A DNA stretch of 63,718 nucleotides, filler included, from Craspedostauros australis (lineage: Eukaryota), in assembly GCA_030167865.1 (NCBI GenBank). It is 16 parts of 16 records of this genome, joined end to end, with 100 filler letters (N's around TTAATTAATTAA, not from the genome) between each part and the next. Parts side by side here need not be neighbours in the genome. Positions count along the whole stretch, not along the records: positions 58,292 to 59,507 come from JALAGF010003061.1; positions 59,608 to 60,668 come from JALAGF010003062.1; positions 60,769 to 62,051 come from JALAGF010003063.1; positions 62,152 to 63,718 come from JALAGF010003064.1; 12 more parts are not named here. One strand, written 5' to 3'. The position numbers and the translations under genes are program-made. Within the stretch, counting starts at the first letter, position 1; every line of letters starts with the position of its first letter. Below are positions 58,292 through 63,718 of this stretch, piece by piece. The notes below the pieces were generated by a model. That model saw only the letters and a list, made by a program, of their open reading frames with translations, had not been told where the DNA came from and did not search any database.

Positions 58292-59507
58292 GCGAGGAGG
58301 GATTCTGCGACAAGTTCACAACCGAGATCGCGATCACGGGATACGCCATCCTCGCCTGCTTGATGATCATCGGCGGAACATCCTACTTCCGATACGTCAT
58401 CCCGTACGAGCTGTTCTACGCCATCCACCACCTCGTCTTCGTCATGTACTTCATCACTATCGCACATACCTTCGACGCGAAGCACCGCCGACACCCAGGC
58501 AGCCGAAGTCAGACCTTCCAGTGGTTTTCATCGACTCTGCTGTTCTACTTGTGCGACCGTGCCGCCATGCATCTCAACCACAAGCACAGGGTCAACGTGG
58601 TGATGGCCACCAGCGTATCAGGCACCGGTGGGTCCAAGACGATCATCCTCAAGCTCCGTCGCCCTGACCTCTTCCGCTTCAGCCCTGGCCAGTACGCTTT
58701 CCTCCGTATCAAGCAGTTCGACATCCACTGGCATCCATTCTCCATCGCTTCTGGCCCGGACTCTCCTGATCTTGACTTCTACATCGAGGTCTTCGACGAG
58801 CAGTCATGGACGGGAAAGCTCTGGAAGCTGCTCGATGATAGCTCCGATCAGGGCCTTGAATCGGAGCTGTGCGTAGAGGTCATGGGACCCTGCGGGACAG
58901 CCTTGGCCAAGATCGAGGACTACACGCATGCGCTCGTGATTGGGTCAGGTACTGGTGCGTGTTCTGCGTGGATTCGCACTGTGACAAATGCGTTGGCAAG
59001 CGACTTGTTCTCTGCGGCCATTTTGCTTCGTCAATGTCCTCTTCTCACCTTCGGTATCTTGTCACCACGTTCGAACTCCTGCGAACCCAAAATGAAACAA
59101 TGTGCGACCGTGGAATGAACAGGAATCGTTCCGCTGCTCAGCCTGTTCAACCAACATGTGCAGCAGATGCTCAAGCTCGACCCAAGGCAGCGCCTTTCGG
59201 ATCTCTTCGAGCGCCAGGACAAGCTCTTCCAGCTTGACATCGCCAACCAGGCACGCAAGGGATCCGTAGCGAGAGAAATCAGCCGCATCGCATGCTCCAC
59301 CCCAGCCTATGCAGGACAGAATGGTGACGGCACTCGCACCAGAGCTCAGCTTCCAGCCTCTACCAAGCGAGATGAGCTAAACCAGACGATCTGCGATGGG
59401 ATCATGGCGCAGGATGAACTGACGGAGTGGGATGCCATGCACCGCAACAAGGCCAGCCTGCGACGATCTGCCTTCCTTGCCACCCGCTCCATCTATGGCG
59501 TCGTCTT
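58292..59507 (+). CDS. NADPH oxidase / ferric reductase (NOX/RBOH-like), internal fragment; intron 58955-59122
   Basis: Heme helix YELFYAIHHL...IAH, FSPGQYAFL, FAD motif HWHPFSIAS, and NADPH motifs VMGPCG and IGSGT|GIVP after splicing. Confidence 0.92.
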
Positions 59508-59607
59508 NNNNNNNNNNNNNNNNNNNNNNNNNNNNNNNNNNNNNNNNNNNNTTAATTAATTAANNNNNNNNNNNNNNNNNNNNNNNNNNNNNNNNNNNNN
59601 NNNNNNN

Positions 59608-60668
59608 GCGAGGAGGGATTCTGCGACAAGTTCACAACCGAGATCGCGATCACGGGATACGCCATCCTCGCCTGCTTGATGATCATCGGCGGAACATCCT
59701 ACTTCCGATACGTCATCCCGTACGAGCTGTTCTACGCCATCCACCACCTCGTCTTCGTCATGTACTTCATCACTATCGCACATACCTTCGACGCGAAGCA
59801 CCGCCGACACCCAGGCAGCCGAAGTCAGACCTTCCAGTGGTTTTCATCGACTCTGCTGTTCTACTTGTGCGACCGTGCCGCCATGCATCTCAACCACAAG
59901 CACAGGGTCAACGTGGTGATGGCCACCAGCGTATCAGGAACCGGTGGGTCCAAGACGATCATCCTCAAGCTCCGTCGCCCTGACCTCTTCCGCTTCAGCC
60001 CTGGCCAGTACGCTTTCCTCCGTATCAAGCAGTTCGACATCCACTGGCATCCATTCTCCATCGCTTCTGGCCCGGACTCTCCTGATCTTGACTTCTACAT
60101 CGAGGTCTTCGACGAGCAGTCATGGACGGGGAAACTCTGGAAGCTGCTCGATGATAGCTCCGATCAGGGCCTTGAATCGGAGCTGTGCGTGGAGGTCATG
60201 GGACCCTGCGGGACAGCCTTGGCCAAGATCGAGGACTACACGCACGCGCTCGCGATTGGGTCGGGTACTGGTGCGTGTTCCGTGTGGGTTCGCACTGTGA
60301 CAAATGCGTTGGTAAGCGACTTGTTCTCTGCGGCCATTTTGCTTCGTCAATGTCCTCTTCTCACCTTCGGTATCTTGTCACCACGTTCGAACTCCTGCGA
60401 ACCCAAAATGAAACAATGTGCGACCGTGGAATGAACAGGAATCGTNCCGCTGCTCAGCCTGTTCAACCAACATGTGCAGCAGATGCTCAAGCTCGACCCA
60501 AGGCAGCGCCTTTCGGATCTCTTCGAGCGCCAGGACAAGCTCTTCCAGCTTGACATCGCCAACCAGGCACGCAAGGGATCCGTGGCGAGAGAAATCAGCC
60601 GCATCGCATGCTCCACCCCAGCCTATGCAGGACAGAATGGTGACGGCACTCGCACCAGAGCTCAGCTT
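59608..60668 (+). CDS. Second near-identical NOX fragment (allele or recent paralog); intron 60271-60438
   Basis: Same first base and sequence as 58292 onward, with about a dozen substitutions and one amino-acid change (ALVIG to ALAIG). Confidence 0.9.
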
Positions 60669-60768
60669 NNNNNNNNNNNNNNNNNNNNNNNNNNNNNNNN
60701 NNNNNNNNNNNNTTAATTAATTAANNNNNNNNNNNNNNNNNNNNNNNNNNNNNNNNNNNNNNNNNNNN

Positions 60769-61663
60769 ACAGCATTGCAGTGTCACAGCATCACAGCATC
60801 GCGGCATCGCAAGATTACAGCATCACAGCATCCCAACATCGCAGCATCACATCATTGCAGCGTCACACCATCACAGCATCGCGGCATCGCAAGATCACAG
60901 CATCCCAACATCGCAGCATTGCAACATCGCAGCGTCACATCATTGCGGCATCACAGCATTGCAAGATTGCAGCATCACAGCATCGCAGCGTCACAGCGTC
61001 ACAGCATTGCGGCATCGCAAGATCGCAGCGTCACACCATCACAGCATTGCGGCATTGCAAGATCACAGCATCCCAACATCGCAGCATTGCAACATCGCAG
61101 CGTCACAGCATTGCGGCATCACAGCATTGCAAGATCGCAGCATTACAGCATCGCAGCATTGCAGCGTCACAGCATCACAGCATTGCAGCATCGCAAGATC
61201 ACAGCATCCCAACATTGCAGCATCGCAACATCGCAGCGTCACAGCATTACGGCATCACAGCATTGCAAGACTGCAGCATCACAGCATCGCAGCATCACAG
61301 TATTGTGGCATCGCAAGATCGCAGCGTCACACCATCACAGCATTGCGGCATTGCAAGATCGCAGCATTGCAACATCGCAGCGTCACAGCATTGCGGCATC
61401 ACAGCATTGCAAGATCGCAGCATCACAGCATCACAGCATTGCGGCATTGCAAGATCGCAGCATCACAGCATCACAGCATTGCGGCATTGCAAGATCGCAG
61501 CATCACAGCATCACAGCATCCCAACATTGCGACATCGCAGCATCAAATCATCACAGTATTGCAGCATTGCAACATCACATCATCACAACATGGCAGCATC
61601 ACAGCATCGCAACATTGCAGCATCCCAACATTGCGACATCACATCATTGCAGCATCACGACAT
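60769..61663 (+). repeat. Degenerate octamer tandem array, consensus YRCAGCAT, 111 full units
   Basis: 60776-61663 is 888 bp = 111 x 8 with no phase change. Variants include CACAGCAT, CGCAGCAT, TGCAGCAT, YGCGGCAT, YGCAAGAT, CCCAACAT, CGCAGCGT and CACACCAT. Confidence 0.97.
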
Positions 61664-61685
61664 CACCCAATTCAAAAGCTTCGTC

Positions 61686-62051
61686 ATGGTTGATCCCCCC
61701 AAAAAGCCTTCACGAAAGCCTGCGCCCCGCACAGGCCCATCGCCCACCTCACCCTCACACATGCACCATGCATACGATGGATCACCTTACAGCAGCTCAC
61801 GGCCACACATCATATTCCTCAATGGAATGCCTTCCTCTGCCATCTTCTTTGCAGATAACAACAACACATCCAATTCTGAGCAAAGTCCAACCTACAGAGA
61901 CTTCCTTGGAAACAACAAATCCTGCAACCGCAGCAATGTTTGGGGCAATCCAAATCTGCCTGCATCAGGTACCACTGCCTCCTCATTGGACAATGACACA
62001 AATCATCAGTCTGGTCAGGAGAATGCCACAAATGGCAGCACTGTCAGCCCC
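61686..62051 (+). CDS. Start of a low-complexity ORF (MVDPPKKPSRK...), 3'-partial, possibly transposon-encoded
   Basis: ATG 22 bp after the array; frame open to the contig end. Confidence 0.4.
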
Positions 62052-62152
62052 NNNNNNNNNNNNNNNNNNNNNNNNNNNNNNNNNNNNNNNNNNNNTTAAT
62101 TAATTAANNNNNNNNNNNNNNNNNNNNNNNNNNNNNNNNNNNNNNNNNNNNC

Positions 62153-63718
62153 GGCAAAGTACGCGCCATGCTGAACCAAACCCATCTACCAAAATCAACG
62201 CGAGGCAAACTGTGGGCAGAGGCTGCTCACACAGCGACGCAGCTGGAGAACATCATTGGCACGAAGTCAAGGGAACCAGCGTGTATACTGTTAAATGGAA
62301 AAATCCCGAAGTATGCAAATGACCTGCGTGTGTTCGGTGAGATGGGGATGGTACACATCGGTGGACAGGCTATCAAGGCCAAACTAGACGACCGCTCCAA
62401 ACCTGCCATGTTCGTGGGATACGGACAGTCGCACGCGAAAGGAGTGTACCGGATGATGAACCTTGCCACCTCGAGAATCCTTATGACTCGGGACGTGACA
62501 TGGTTGAATAAGTCGTATGGAGAGTTCAAGGGCATCAAGGATGCCAACAGATCCAGAGTGATGAACACAGACGACGACTCCTCATCAAGAGACCCTTCTC
62601 CAGAGAGAGGCGTGACTTGGCTTCGTCAATCGGATAACATGAATGATATAGAGACCAATGACGATGAGCAGCGCAGCAGATTGGGACAACAAAGAGATTC
62701 AGAAGATGCCGCGCTAGAGCAGGACGACCTGCTGCCCGTCCAAGAGGATCAGGAACCAGACGATGACGTCGGCGATGAATCCGGAAGGGACGGGGATGAA
62801 AGGAGTGAGGAAAGAACGGTAGAAGAAGAACCGCCCTCGACTCCAGTCGGAACACCTGTTGCGTACGTACCAAGGATGGTCAGAGATCTCGCAGGGTACA
62901 ACAACTCGCCCGTCCTTAAGGAGGACAGAGACTACGGGTCTAGCGAGACCTCTGAATCCGACGATGAGAAGCAAGAGACTGCCCAAGAGACAGAAGCCAA
63001 AACAACGGCGACAGGGGGACCTAGCTTCCACACAGACGGGTCGATGTTCAACAGAGACGTCGCAGGCATGATGATTGATACCACTCACGGAAAGATGAGG
63101 TTGGATGACTTCATCACTGCGAGCCAAGTAACGAATGATCGAGTCAGACCCGAGCAAACAAGCGTAGCTATGATGCTAGACCCTACCTCTTTCGAAGAAT
63201 GCTGGGACCATGCAGATCCCGAGAAGAGAAAGAAGTGGAGAGAGGCCATCAATAAGGAGTTCAACGATATGACCAGAAGAGGAGTATGGGAGAAGATCAA
63301 GAGGAACCAAATGCCGAGAGATCGGCGATGTGTGAAAACCAAGTGGGTATTCAAGGAGAAGAGGAACGGAGTCTTCCGGGCCAGACTCGTCGCCTGCGGC
63401 TACTCACAGATCGCAGGAGTGGACTTCTCAGCACACCACGCACCAGTGATTCATGATGCAACCTACCGCATCATGCTCACTATGAAGATGCTGNTGCACA
63501 TGGATAGTATAATCATCGACTTCGAGACAGCATTCTTGCATGGAGAACTCGATGAAGAGATCTACATGCAATGCCCAAAGGGCATGAGGCATGAGGCCGA
63601 CGAGTGCTTGCTGCTCAAGAAGACCATCTACGGTTTAGTGCAGAGCGCCAGACAATGGAACAAAAAGCTGGTCGACATTCTACTCAAACTGGGATTTCGA
63701 CAGAGCAAAGTGGATCCA
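62153..63718 (+). mobile_element. pol: Ty1/Copia pol: integrase C-terminus, acidic spacer, reverse transcriptase N-half; uninterrupted frame
   Basis: Manual translation (absent from the ORF track because it runs off the window): VRAML, LWAEA, KLDDRS...MFVGY, TRDVTW, KWREAINKEF, KWVFK, FRARLVACGYSQ, DFETAFLHGELDEEIYM, YGLVQSARQW. Integrase precedes RT, the Copia order. Confidence 0.96.

Noticed and set aside
15425..60668. STAND ATPases, SLATT and NOX as one defence island
   Set aside because: They lie on different contigs, so co-location in the window gives no evidence of linkage.
60769..61663. CRISPR array or telomere
   Set aside because: No unique spacers, no cas genes, and the unit is unlike TTAGGG.
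7610..62151. Regularly recurring TTAATTAATTAA palindromes
   Set aside because: Artificial linkers inside N-runs. ORFs ending in XXXLIN are artefacts.

Overview
Eukaryotic nuclear DNA, most likely from a pennate diatom (inferred from GT-AG introns, an SLC4 transporter, diatom-type Copia elements, the diatom RGLE protein family and an algal-type NADPH oxidase). The window is not continuous. It is 16 contigs joined by an artificial 100-bp linker (N44-TTAATTAATTAA-N44), so adjacency across linkers is not evidence of linkage. Recognisable genes: RNase H2A, a PPPDE/DeSI peptidase, SURF1, a MYND-RING-TPR protein, two tandem STAND ATPases, class 2 DHODH, SLC4, a Cys-less glutaredoxin, tRNA-Glu(TTC), a 2227-aa RBBP5/Swd1-like protein, a SLATT 2TM protein and two near-identical NOX fragments. 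Decayed genes: FabI and NmrA. Mobile DNA: a LINE APE endonuclease, three Copia pieces, and a decayed element combining a YqaJ/lambda-exonuclease-like domain with a piggyBac-type Cys-rich tail. There is also a 111-unit in-phase octamer array. The best candidates for undescribed biology are the YqaJ plus piggyBac-CRD element, the octamer array, bacterial-immunity-like modules (SLATT, effector-less STAND tandem), the giant RBBP5-like protein and a possible Mer2/IHO1/PRD3-like meiotic protein. All family calls come from motif recognition by eye; no database search was run.
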